A DNA stretch of 64,000 nucleotides from Candidatus Latescibacterota bacterium (GTDB lineage: Bacteria > Latescibacterota > UBA2968 > UBA8231). Below, one piece after another: positions 28,686 to 36,674 of this stretch. A model generated the notes under the pieces. That model did no database searches, was not told where the DNA came from, and was given only the letters and a program-made list of their open reading frames with translations. The position numbers and the translations under genes were made by a program. The DNA lies in assembly GCA_965221775.1 (NCBI GenBank), contig CBDCSU010000006.1, positions 1,344,001 to 1,408,000 of the forward strand, in the 5' to 3' direction. Within the stretch, counting starts at the first letter, position 1. The number at the start of each line of letters is the position of its first letter.

Positions 28686-29798
28686 ATGACCACGAAGGAC
28701 GCGATCTACCGCGCCGCCCTCATCGGCTGCGGCCGCAAGGGGCACGGCCACGCCCGCGGATACGCGGGCAACCCGCGCACCGAGGTGGTGGCCGCCGCCG
28801 ATCCGGACGCGGACAACTTGGGGATCTTCCTGGAGCACTTCCCGGTGCCGGGATACGCCGACTACCAGGAGCTGCTCGCCAAGGAACAGATCGACATCGC
28901 CGCGCCGATCCTGCCGGTGCGGCCGAACCCCGGAGTCGTCATCGCCTGCGCCGAGGCGGGCGTCAAGGCCGTCTACTGCGAGAAGCCGATGGCCGCGAGC
29001 CTGGAGGAGGCCGACGCCATGGTCGAGGCCTGCGAGTCGCGGGGCATCGCCTTCGCCTCGGGCGACGCCTACCGCAACATGCCCCAGCACTGGAAGGTGA
29101 AGCGCCTCATCGACGCCGGCGGCCTGGGGGAGCTGTGCAGCATCAACCTCTACCAGTCGACCAACGAGATCTCCGGGGGCGGCTGCCAGGGCCTCAGCGT
29201 CCTGCGCCTCTTCGCCGGCGACGCCGACGTGGAGTGGCTCACCGGCTGGTGCCTCGGCGACCCCTTCTCGGACGACGATCAGTGCATGGGCGGGGCGATC
29301 CGCTTCGCCAACGGCGTCGACGCCTTCATCCACACCCGGCGCTCGCCGATGGAGGGGATCGAGGTCGTGTGCAGCGAGGGCGTCTACCACTCCAACTGGA
29401 TGAGCGGCCATCTCTGGCGGGGCGAGGCCCACGGGAAGCTGGTGGAGGAGGAGGACTTCTTCAACGAGTTCGGCGATCCCGAGGACTGGATCACCCCGAG
29501 CGGCACCCGCCAGCGCGGCGGCATCCAGTCGATCGTCGAGTCCCTCGACCAGGGCATCGAGCCGCGCTGCAGCGGCCAGAACATGCGCAAGGTCCTCGAG
29601 ATCTCCATCGGCCTGCGCCAGTCCCACCGCCAGGGCCACGCCCCCGTCCGCTTCCCCATCGAGGACCGGAGCCTGAAGATCGTCCCCAACATGAGCCGCT
29701 ATCTCAACAAGAAGGAGACCTTCGGCGAGGAGCACTACGCCGAGCAGATCAAGTCCGCCGCCGGCCGGCCCATCGGCGGCGCCGAGGCCGGTGGGTGA
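28686..29798 (+). CDS. Gfo/Idh/MocA family NAD(P)-dependent oxidoreductase
   Basis: AGGAGG RBS; ALIGCGRKG Rossmann motif; CEKPMA. Confidence 0.88.
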   Translation: MTTKDAIYRAALIGCGRKGHGHARGYAGNPRTEVVAAADPDADNLGIFLEHFPVPGYADYQELLAKEQIDIAAPILPVRPNPGVVIACAEAGVKAVYCEKPMAASLEEADAMVEACESRGIAFASGDAYRNMPQHWKVKRLIDAGGLGELCSINLYQSTNEISGGGCQGLSVLRLFAGDADVEWLTGWCLGDPFSDDDQCMGGAIRFANGVDAFIHTRRSPMEGIEVVCSEGVYHSNWMSGHLWRGEAHGKLVEEEDFFNEFGDPEDWITPSGTRQRGGIQSIVESLDQGIEPRCSGQNMRKVLEISIGLRQSHRQGHAPVRFPIEDRSLKIVPNMSRYLNKKETFGEEHYAEQIKSAAGRPIGGAEAGG

Positions 29799-30975
29799 CC
29801 GGATGACCGCCGACTCCTTCCTCGTATCCCTCTACACCTATCCGTGGGACCTGTCCGACGACGGCCTGGACGTCTCCCTCGACCGCATCGCCGACCTGGC
29901 CGCCTGCGGTGAGGTCCTGCTGACGCCGTGCTACCACCGTTCCGAGTACTACCTGCCCCACAACCCGCGGCGCCCCGTCTACTACGGCGAGAACGGCGCC
30001 GTGTACTTCTCCCCGGACATCTCCCGCTACCAGGGCACGAGCATCTCCCCCCGGGTGAGCCGGGAGGTGACCGACCCCGCCTGGTTCGACCGCATGGTCG
30101 AGGCGATCCGCGGGCGCGGCCTCGGGTTCTCGGCCTGGATGGTCTACACCTTCCAGAACCACCTCTCCGAGCGCTACCCGGAGTTCGCCCGCCACGACGC
30201 CTTCGGGACCCCCCACGTGGGCGCCCTGAGCACGGCCCCGCGGGACGTGAGGGACTACTTCGCGGCCCTCACCGCCGAGGTCCTGGAGCGCTTCCGGCCC
30301 GACGCCGTGTGGGTGGAATCGCTCTGCCGGCGCGGGTTCTCCATGCCCGGCAAGCGGCGGGCCCAGATGCCGGAGCGCTGCCGGTGGCTCCTGTCCCTTT
30401 GCTTCAACCCGGCCTCCATGGCCTGCGCCGACGCCGCCGGCCTGGAGGCCGAGCCCCTGCGGCGGGACCTGGTGGAGTGGATGCGTCCCCGGCTCGCGGC
30501 CGGCGCCGACCCGGACGCGGACGAGCCGGCCACCGCCCACTGGATCGCCGAGGCCTTCGACGGGCGGCTGCAACGCTACATGGAGATCTCTCGCCGGCAG
30601 ACGACGGATCTCTGGCTCGATGTGGTGAAGCTGATCCGCGGCAGCGGCGCCAAGGTCCAGGCCGACCTGGCCAGCCCGGAGCGGGCCCTGACCAACGATC
30701 TCGACCCGGCCGTCAACCGGCAGGTGGACCGTCTCGGCTACACCCTGCGCGAAGGGGAGGATCCCGCCGAGCGAATCCCCGAGTTGGAGGGGATGATCGC
30801 CGAAGGCGGGACCGTGTTCCTGAGCCCCACCGGCGACATGCGGCAGGCGGAGCCGATCCGCGAGCAGCTGGCCGCCGCCCGCGAGGCCGGCGCCGGCGGC
30901 GTCACCTTCTACAACTACGGCCTGCTGACGCTGGAGCAGTTGGGCAACATCGGCCGCGCCGTGCGGTCCACCTAG
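29791..30975 (+). CDS. Hypothetical protein, probable glycoside-hydrolase-like TIM barrel
   Basis: YTYPWD, YH, GAVYF.P, LCFNP and C-terminal FYNYGL. Coupled to the upstream oxidoreductase; start 29791 or 29803. Confidence 0.6.
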   Translation: MGDRMTADSFLVSLYTYPWDLSDDGLDVSLDRIADLAACGEVLLTPCYHRSEYYLPHNPRRPVYYGENGAVYFSPDISRYQGTSISPRVSREVTDPAWFDRMVEAIRGRGLGFSAWMVYTFQNHLSERYPEFARHDAFGTPHVGALSTAPRDVRDYFAALTAEVLERFRPDAVWVESLCRRGFSMPGKRRAQMPERCRWLLSLCFNPASMACADAAGLEAEPLRRDLVEWMRPRLAAGADPDADEPATAHWIAEAFDGRLQRYMEISRRQTTDLWLDVVKLIRGSGAKVQADLASPERALTNDLDPAVNRQVDRLGYTLREGEDPAERIPELEGMIAEGGTVFLSPTGDMRQAEPIREQLAAAREAGAGGVTFYNYGLLTLEQLGNIGRAVRST

Positions 30976-31033
30976 GCGCTTCGCCACCGCGCCGGGCTCG
31001 ACTCGACCGGCCCGGTCGCGCGCAGGCTACCTC

Positions 31034-31390
31034 TCACGGTCTCTCGACAGGCCTGAGCAGGGCGTGGATTCCCCGCAGCACCTCGTTGAAGCGGGCGCGG
31101 CCCAACGACCCGATGCGGCCGTCGAGCATCGACCGGTCCACTGTTGCGATCTGGGAGATGTTGACCACGGATCTCTTCGGGAGGCCGGCTTCCCCCATCC
31201 GCAGGGTCACGTTTCCGAAGGCCTGGCCGAGCCGCAGGTTGCCGGTGATCGAGGCAACCACAACGGTGGAGATTCTGCTTGCGTTGAAGGCATTGTTCTG
31301 GATGACGACGCAGGGGCGCCTGAATCCCGGCTCCGAGCCTTTCGGGATCCCGAAATCGACCCAGTGAACCTCTCCCTGGGAGACTACCAT
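31034..31390 (-). CDS. PemK/MazF family endoribonuclease toxin
   Basis: QGEVHWVDFG.P.GSEPG.RRPCVVIQNN.FN.S.I.TVVV..IT.N, GL.K.SVVN.SQI.TVD. Confidence 0.92.
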   Translation of the reverse strand: MVVSQGEVHWVDFGIPKGSEPGFRRPCVVIQNNAFNASRISTVVVASITGNLRLGQAFGNVTLRMGEAGLPKRSVVNISQIATVDRSMLDGRIGSLGRARFNEVLRGIHALLRPVERP

Positions 31391-31632
31391 TCCTCTTCTT
31401 GCGCCAGATCCCGAAAGTGGGACAGGGCCGCACGGCGGAAGGAGATCTCCTCAGGCGTCTCCTCACCTCCGTACACCTGGTCGAGGTTGGCGACGATCGC
31501 CTTGGCATAGCCCTTTTCCATGTAGGCTCTCGCCGCCCTCTGGTGGAATTCACTGCGCGTCATCCTGGTGGCCTGGATGAATGTCTCGATGCTCTCATTC
31601 AGGGCATCGGGAACCGAGATCGCGGTTTTCAC
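31384..31632 (-). CDS. Ribbon-helix-helix antitoxin (ChpI/CopG-like)
   Basis: GGAGG RBS then GTG; MKTAISVPD.L…TRSE…A; LDQVY; ends EEEW; overlaps the toxin start. Confidence 0.85.
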   Translation of the reverse strand: MKTAISVPDALNESIETFIQATRMTRSEFHQRAARAYMEKGYAKAIVANLDQVYGGEETPEEISFRRAALSHFRDLAQEEEW

Positions 31633-31644
31633 GAGGTTTCCTCC

Positions 31645-31689
31645 CTTCGGTAATACCTCAGGTATAACCGAAGACATGTCGGTCGTCAA
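31645..31689 (-). promoter_or_regulatory. TA promoter with palindromic operator
   Basis: Inverted repeat CTTCGGTAATACC-TCA-GGTATAACCGAAG (12/13 match, 31645-31673) overlapping a minus-strand TTGACG-N17-TATACC. Confidence 0.7.
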
Positions 31690-31763
31690 GTCCCGGCGCC
31701 CCTCCTTTACGGACGGGGACCCCGATCCTGTGGGGCGGCGGCACGGAGCCGAGGCGCCTGCTC

Positions 31764-32483
31764 TCAGAAGTGCGAATCGCCGAGGTGCCCCTTCACTTCC
31801 AGCTGCAGGGCTGCGGCCAGCCGCTCCGCAAAGACCCGGACTCCCGGCAGCTCGGTATGGTTGTGCGAGTAGACCAGGACGCTGATGCCGCGGTGGGCGG
31901 CATACTCCAGCAGGTACAGGCTGGTTTCCCCCGTCACGTACAGATCGATGTCATGGGGCATGGCGTCCTTGAGGTAACCCGTGTAGACGCCGGCCCCGGT
32001 GACGCAGCCGATCCTGCGAATCGCTCGACCGGAATCATGCTGAGACCGGGGCTGCTCCTGCAGCAGGGCGTCGAAGACCGAGCGGACCCCCTCGAAATCG
32101 GTTGATCCCTCCAGGTGCCCGATCCGCAACTCCCCCTCTGTCGGCTTCTGGACTTCGGCGCATCCCGCCTCCGATAGCAGGGTGGCCGAGGTGCCGAAAT
32201 CCGCCTGGTCCAGCGGCAGGTGCGCCCAGACATGGGTCAGGTCGTTTTCTCGCAGCAGCTCGTACACCCGGTCCCGCTGCTCGTACATGAAGCTCCAGGC
32301 ATCGTGATGGGTGACGATCACGTTCGCCCCGAGATCGAGGGCCGCCGAGATCGATCTCGGTGTGATCGTCGTCGCGTAGCCTGTCGCGGAAGGGGCCGGG
32401 CAGTGATCGCTGATCCCCCACTCGTCCGGGTGCTCGGCCAGCAACCGGGCGCCGAACAGATCCTCCAACGGCTCGCGGAACAT
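31764..32483 (-). CDS. Nif3/YbgI-like dinuclear metal-centre protein
   Basis: IVTHHD, AHLPLD, CVTGAG, DLYVTGE, HNHTE motifs. Confidence 0.85.
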   Translation of the reverse strand: MFREPLEDLFGARLLAEHPDEWGISDHCPAPSATGYATTITPRSISAALDLGANVIVTHHDAWSFMYEQRDRVYELLRENDLTHVWAHLPLDQADFGTSATLLSEAGCAEVQKPTEGELRIGHLEGSTDFEGVRSVFDALLQEQPRSQHDSGRAIRRIGCVTGAGVYTGYLKDAMPHDIDLYVTGETSLYLLEYAAHRGISVLVYSHNHTELPGVRVFAERLAAALQLEVKGHLGDSHF

Positions 32484-32484
32484 C

Positions 32485-33549
32485 TCAGGCGAGCGTCTCC
32501 CTCAGAAAGTCGTAGGCGCGGGCGCCGCTGATCTGGTGCCGGCCGGAGAAGATGTCCGCCTTCACCTGCCCGCCGGCCCCGAAGACCCCGTACACCTTGC
32601 GCGCCCTGGCCAGGCCGGAGCGAACCGCGGAGATGGGGAAGATCGGGTCGTGGGTGCCGGCTTCCACCAGCATCGGCCGCGGGGCGATGAGGCCGGTTAG
32701 ATCGTGCATCTCGCCGAACTCGGACAGGCCCGGCACGTAGTTGCAGGGGCAGTGATGCATGGCCAGGATGCTGTCCCGGAAGCTCGAGAAGTAGCCGCTC
32801 ACCACGCAGGCGCCGATGCGCTCGTCGATGCAGGTGGAGAAGAAGGTGTGCATGCCGCCCCCGGAGATGCCCATCGCCCCGAGGCGGCCGGTGTCGAACT
32901 CGGGACGGGTCTCCAGGTAGTCGACCAGGCGCAGGCCGTCCTGCACCCGGATGCCGACGACCGAGGTGCCGAGGTGGAAGGCGAGGAAGGCCATGTGGGC
33001 GCAGGTCGAAGGCGCCCCCTGCCCCTGTTCCAGGTAGGAGAAGTCGGTCTGGCGCTCGCCGAAGCCGGAGATCTCCGGGGCGGCCACCGCGAATCCGGCA
33101 CGGCACAGGGCGACGCCGAAGTCCTTGTGGTAGCCGTCGGGAACGTCGCGCTCGCCACCGTCCTCCCACAGGCCGACGATGTCCTTGACGCCGTACCCGT
33201 GGCCGTGGAAGGCCACCACACAGGGCAGGGGTCCCTGCGCCCCCTTGGGCAGCAGGAGGTAGACCGGCATCTGCGCGTGGGGGCCGGTGCGCAGGACGAT
33301 CTTCTCGCGCAGGTAGTCGCCCTTGTCCACCACCTCGATCCCGCGCGGCGCCGGGTCGACGCGCTCGCCTGCATCCAGCCGCAGAAGCCTTGCCAGGGCC
33401 CGGCGCGTCGTCCTCTGCCAACGCCCCGCCTCGGCCGGGGTCTCCGCCTTGAAGGCGCGCGCCGACGCCGCCGGGTCGTACTGCTTCCACAGCGACGTCG
33501 CCGGTTGCAGCGGTTTCATGGTGCGACTGTCGAGCACCCTGGAAGCCAT
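32485..33549 (-). CDS. Alpha/beta hydrolase (dienelactone hydrolase/esterase-like)
   Basis: HGHG, GISGGG nucleophile elbow, HCPCNYVPG, LIAPRP, D..FP, C-terminal His. Confidence 0.85.
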   Translation of the reverse strand: MASRVLDSRTMKPLQPATSLWKQYDPAASARAFKAETPAEAGRWQRTTRRALARLLRLDAGERVDPAPRGIEVVDKGDYLREKIVLRTGPHAQMPVYLLLPKGAQGPLPCVVAFHGHGYGVKDIVGLWEDGGERDVPDGYHKDFGVALCRAGFAVAAPEISGFGERQTDFSYLEQGQGAPSTCAHMAFLAFHLGTSVVGIRVQDGLRLVDYLETRPEFDTGRLGAMGISGGGMHTFFSTCIDERIGACVVSGYFSSFRDSILAMHHCPCNYVPGLSEFGEMHDLTGLIAPRPMLVEAGTHDPIFPISAVRSGLARARKVYGVFGAGGQVKADIFSGRHQISGARAYDFLRETLA

Positions 33550-33553
33550 GGCG

Positions 33554-34612
33554 CTACATCCGTATCCAGTCCGCCAGCTCCTGGTGCTGGAAGATCATGG
33601 TCTCCTGGATGCTCGACATCCGTCCCGCACCCGCTTCCCTGGCGCGGAGGTACATGGCGTGGGCGATCGCCACGTCGACGTAGGCGAGGCCGACGGCGTT
33701 GAAGTAGGCCCGTTCCTCCGGCGTCTCCCTGCCGCTCTTCTCGCCGGCGATGATCTCCACGAGGTTGGCGTGGACATCCTCGTCCCGGAGCTCGCCGTCC
33801 TTGTACATGCGGCTGAGGGTCTGGGTCCGGTGCTTCACCGTCTCCCAGTCGTCGCAGACGATCTTTTCGCACTGCTTCGCCACGGCGTACTCGTCCTCCC
33901 AGCCGCCGATGTGGCTGTAGAAGCTTCCCGGCTTCATCCACGCCGCCTTGAGGAGAGGGGCCTGGGCGCTGGTGGCGGTGACGAGGATGTCCGCTCCCTC
34001 CATGGCCTGCCGGGCCTCCGTGCCCGCCGCGGAGAACCGCATCTCTCCGAAGAGGGGCCGCATCTCCTCGATGAACTGCTGCTCCTCCTCGGCCAGCTTG
34101 GCCGAGACCCGGCACTCCTCGATCCCGGGAATGACCGTCTTCATGCCGATCAGGTGCATCTTGGCCTGCTCTCCCGCCCCGATGAAGGCGATGCTCCTCG
34201 AGTCGGGCCGCGCCAGGTGCCTGGCGGCGAGGGCCCCCATCGCTCCGACGCGCACGTTCGAGCACAGCGTTCCATCCATGAAGGCGATGGGGAGACCGCG
34301 CTCGATCTCGGACAGGATGATGACGGCGGAGAGGTTCTGCATGCCGTATCTCTCGGGGTTGCGCGGGAAGACCGACACCCACTTGACTCCGCACACCTTC
34401 TCCGTCAGCAGGGTTGCGGGCAGGCAGTTGATCCGCTCCTGGGTACCCTCGTCGAAGATCTGCACCACCTTGTCGGGGAAGAGGATCTCCTCCCTCCGGA
34501 AGGCGAGCATCGCCTCCTCGGCGGCGCCTATGGCAAGCCGCATGTCCAGGCATCCGGCCTTCAGCAGATCCTCCTGCGAGAGGAAGAGGCACTCGATACG
34601 GTTGTCGTTCAT
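33554..34612 (-). CDS. Ornithine cyclodeaminase/mu-crystallin family protein
   Basis: RINCLPA, GVKWVSVFP.N, IGAGEQA, ADILVTAT, VG.A..DVA.A. Confidence 0.88.
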   Translation of the reverse strand: MNDNRIECLFLSQEDLLKAGCLDMRLAIGAAEEAMLAFRREEILFPDKVVQIFDEGTQERINCLPATLLTEKVCGVKWVSVFPRNPERYGMQNLSAVIILSEIERGLPIAFMDGTLCSNVRVGAMGALAARHLARPDSRSIAFIGAGEQAKMHLIGMKTVIPGIEECRVSAKLAEEEQQFIEEMRPLFGEMRFSAAGTEARQAMEGADILVTATSAQAPLLKAAWMKPGSFYSHIGGWEDEYAVAKQCEKIVCDDWETVKHRTQTLSRMYKDGELRDEDVHANLVEIIAGEKSGRETPEERAYFNAVGLAYVDVAIAHAMYLRAREAGAGRMSSIQETMIFQHQELADWIRM

Positions 34613-35505
34613 TCGATCAGACTCTCCGGTGACAGGGTCCCGATGGCCAGCCGGCTGATCTCGCCGATGGCGTCCATGCCGATCTGCTGGCTCTCGCGGG
34701 TGTCGGTGGTGGCCAGGGCGGCGATGACCAGGGGGCCCGTGGGCAGATAGACGACGCCGGTGTCGGCCTTGATGCGGCCGCTGCCCCCGTTCTTGCGCGC
34801 CGCCTCGATCTCGGGCCGGAGATACTGGCGGATGCGGTTCGGGTTCCTCGGCTGCTTCATCATCTCCAGCATCTCCTCACAGGCCCGGGCGTCGATGATC
34901 TCGCGCCGCTCCATCCTCTCCATCATCCGGCCGAGGTCCCGCGCCGAGGCGACGTTGTTGTCGAGGGAGCTGGCGAAGGGCCGCTCCCGGTCGCCGTCGC
35001 CGCTGAGCCGGCCCGCGACCTTCAGCTCATCGTTCTCCCGCGAGGGCGTGACCGTGATGCCGTCCATGAGGTAGTGCCAGACGCCGATGGGCATGGGGAA
35101 GCGCGTCTGATGGAAACCCATGGCCTCCATGGTGGCGTTGATCGCCTCCGGTGTCACCAGTCCGACCAGGGTATCGGTGGCGACGTTGTCGCTCACCGCC
35201 ATCATCAGCCGGCAGTAGTCGCGCACCGTCAGCTCCGGATGGTCCCGGGTCATGCGCAGGACGCCGGTGCCCTGGGAGGAGACGTCGGCCGGCACGCGAT
35301 GGCGGTCGTCGAGGGACAGGAGGCCCTCCCGGTCCTGGCGGAAGACCTCGATCAGGGCCGCCACCTTGATGGTGCTGGCCGTAGGCAGCGGCTCGTCGGC
35401 GTTGTGCTCGCACTGCAGCCCGGTCTCCAGGTCCTTGACGTAGAACCCGATGCGGCCCGGAACACCGCCGGCCACGGCGTTCATCTCGGAGGCAGGGAAG
35501 GTCAT
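34609..35505 (-). CDS. Serine hydrolase, class A beta-lactamase-like fold
   Basis: TASTIK (SxxK), SDN, RKNG (KTG-like); no signal peptide. Confidence 0.8.
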   Translation of the reverse strand: MTFPASEMNAVAGGVPGRIGFYVKDLETGLQCEHNADEPLPTASTIKVAALIEVFRQDREGLLSLDDRHRVPADVSSQGTGVLRMTRDHPELTVRDYCRLMMAVSDNVATDTLVGLVTPEAINATMEAMGFHQTRFPMPIGVWHYLMDGITVTPSRENDELKVAGRLSGDGDRERPFASSLDNNVASARDLGRMMERMERREIIDARACEEMLEMMKQPRNPNRIRQYLRPEIEAARKNGGSGRIKADTGVVYLPTGPLVIAALATTDTRESQQIGMDAIGEISRLAIGTLSPESLIE

Positions 35506-36674
35506 CGTGAATCCGTTTCGCTGGTCGGGTCCTGCTTGTGGTCGCGGATGTGGGCGAGGAAGGCCTCGGTGCCTTCCGACTCCCGGCGGCCGACGTGGCG
35601 GCGGCGGCTGGGAATGATGCGCAGGCCGCGGTCCTGGAGCGGCAGATCGACCCGAACCACGCCCCGGCGGTGAGACTCGCGGACGGCGATGGCCACCTCC
35701 AGGGCCTTGCGCAGGTCGGCGCCCGAGCACTTCACGGGAGCCCCGCTGTCGACGGCGTCGAGGAAGGCGGCCACGCTCTCGGTCATGCGCGTGCGCGGGA
35801 CCTCCCAGCCCTCCGCGTCGTACTCGTGGAGGGCGGTCTGCCCCGGGTCGGGATCCGGGAACAGGCGGCGGGCCAGCCTGAGGTGGCGGCCCTCCCGCCG
35901 CCACAGGCCGCCGACGCGGCTCTGCCCGATGAACAGCATCCCCTCGGAACCCAGGACCTCGATCCCGTTCTTGGCCGCCACGTTCCGGTGCAGGTGGGCG
36001 GTGAGGCCGTCGGCGAAGCCGATGACTCCGAAGACGACGCCCTGGTCGTGGTCGCTGTGCTCGTCGATGCGGCCCAGGTGCGCGTCGGCCGGATCCCCGT
36101 CGACGGCGCCCACCACCCAGTCGACCTCGGCGTCGCCGGCGAACATGAAGCCGTCGGAGAGCTGCCGGCAGCCCTGGCCCGACATCTGGTTGCCGCCGCA
36201 GCCGTAGATATTGATCGACTGAACCTCCCCGATCTCGCCCGACTCGACCAGGCGGCGGGCGGTCCAGATCTCGGGGGCGTTGCGGAACATGTCCCCCGCC
36301 GACCAGGGGATGCCGCGGGCGGCGCAGGCCTCGACGGCGAGGTCGGCTTCGGCGAGGCTGACGGCCACCGGTTTCTCGCTGAAGATGCCGAGGAGGCCCT
36401 CCTTGCCGGAGCAGGCGGCGACGACCTCGGCGTTCACCGAGACCGGGAGCGCCAGCAGGGCGATCTCGAACTCCTCCCCGGCGAGCATCTCCCGGTAGTC
36501 CTGGTACCCGGGCAGGCCGCCGAAGCGCCGGCGGAACAGGTCGAGCCCTTCCCGCCCCCGGTTGGCCGCGCAGACCACCCGGCACCGCGGGTCCAGTTCG
36601 AAGGTCCGGGCCAGGCGGGTGCCGTGGCTGCCGCAGCCGATGACGGCCACGCCGTACTCGGGCGGAGCCCCCAT
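35502..36674 (-). CDS. Gfo/Idh/MocA family oxidoreductase
   Basis: AVIGCGSHG, SEKPVA; paralog of 28686..29798 (GD.(F/Y)RN, FAGDA.V.W, CSG..(L/M)RK.LE). Confidence 0.85.
   Translation of the reverse strand: MGAPPEYGVAVIGCGSHGTRLARTFELDPRCRVVCAANRGREGLDLFRRRFGGLPGYQDYREMLAGEEFEIALLALPVSVNAEVVAACSGKEGLLGIFSEKPVAVSLAEADLAVEACAARGIPWSAGDMFRNAPEIWTARRLVESGEIGEVQSINIYGCGGNQMSGQGCRQLSDGFMFAGDAEVDWVVGAVDGDPADAHLGRIDEHSDHDQGVVFGVIGFADGLTAHLHRNVAAKNGIEVLGSEGMLFIGQSRVGGLWRREGRHLRLARRLFPDPDPGQTALHEYDAEGWEVPRTRMTESVAAFLDAVDSGAPVKCSGADLRKALEVAIAVRESHRRGVVRVDLPLQDRGLRIIPSRRRHVGRRESEGTEAFLAHIRDHKQDPTSETDSR

Noticed and set aside
34609-35505. Call as an antibiotic-resistance beta-lactamase
   Set aside because: No signal peptide, KNG rather than KTG, and a catabolic operon context; only the fold is supported.
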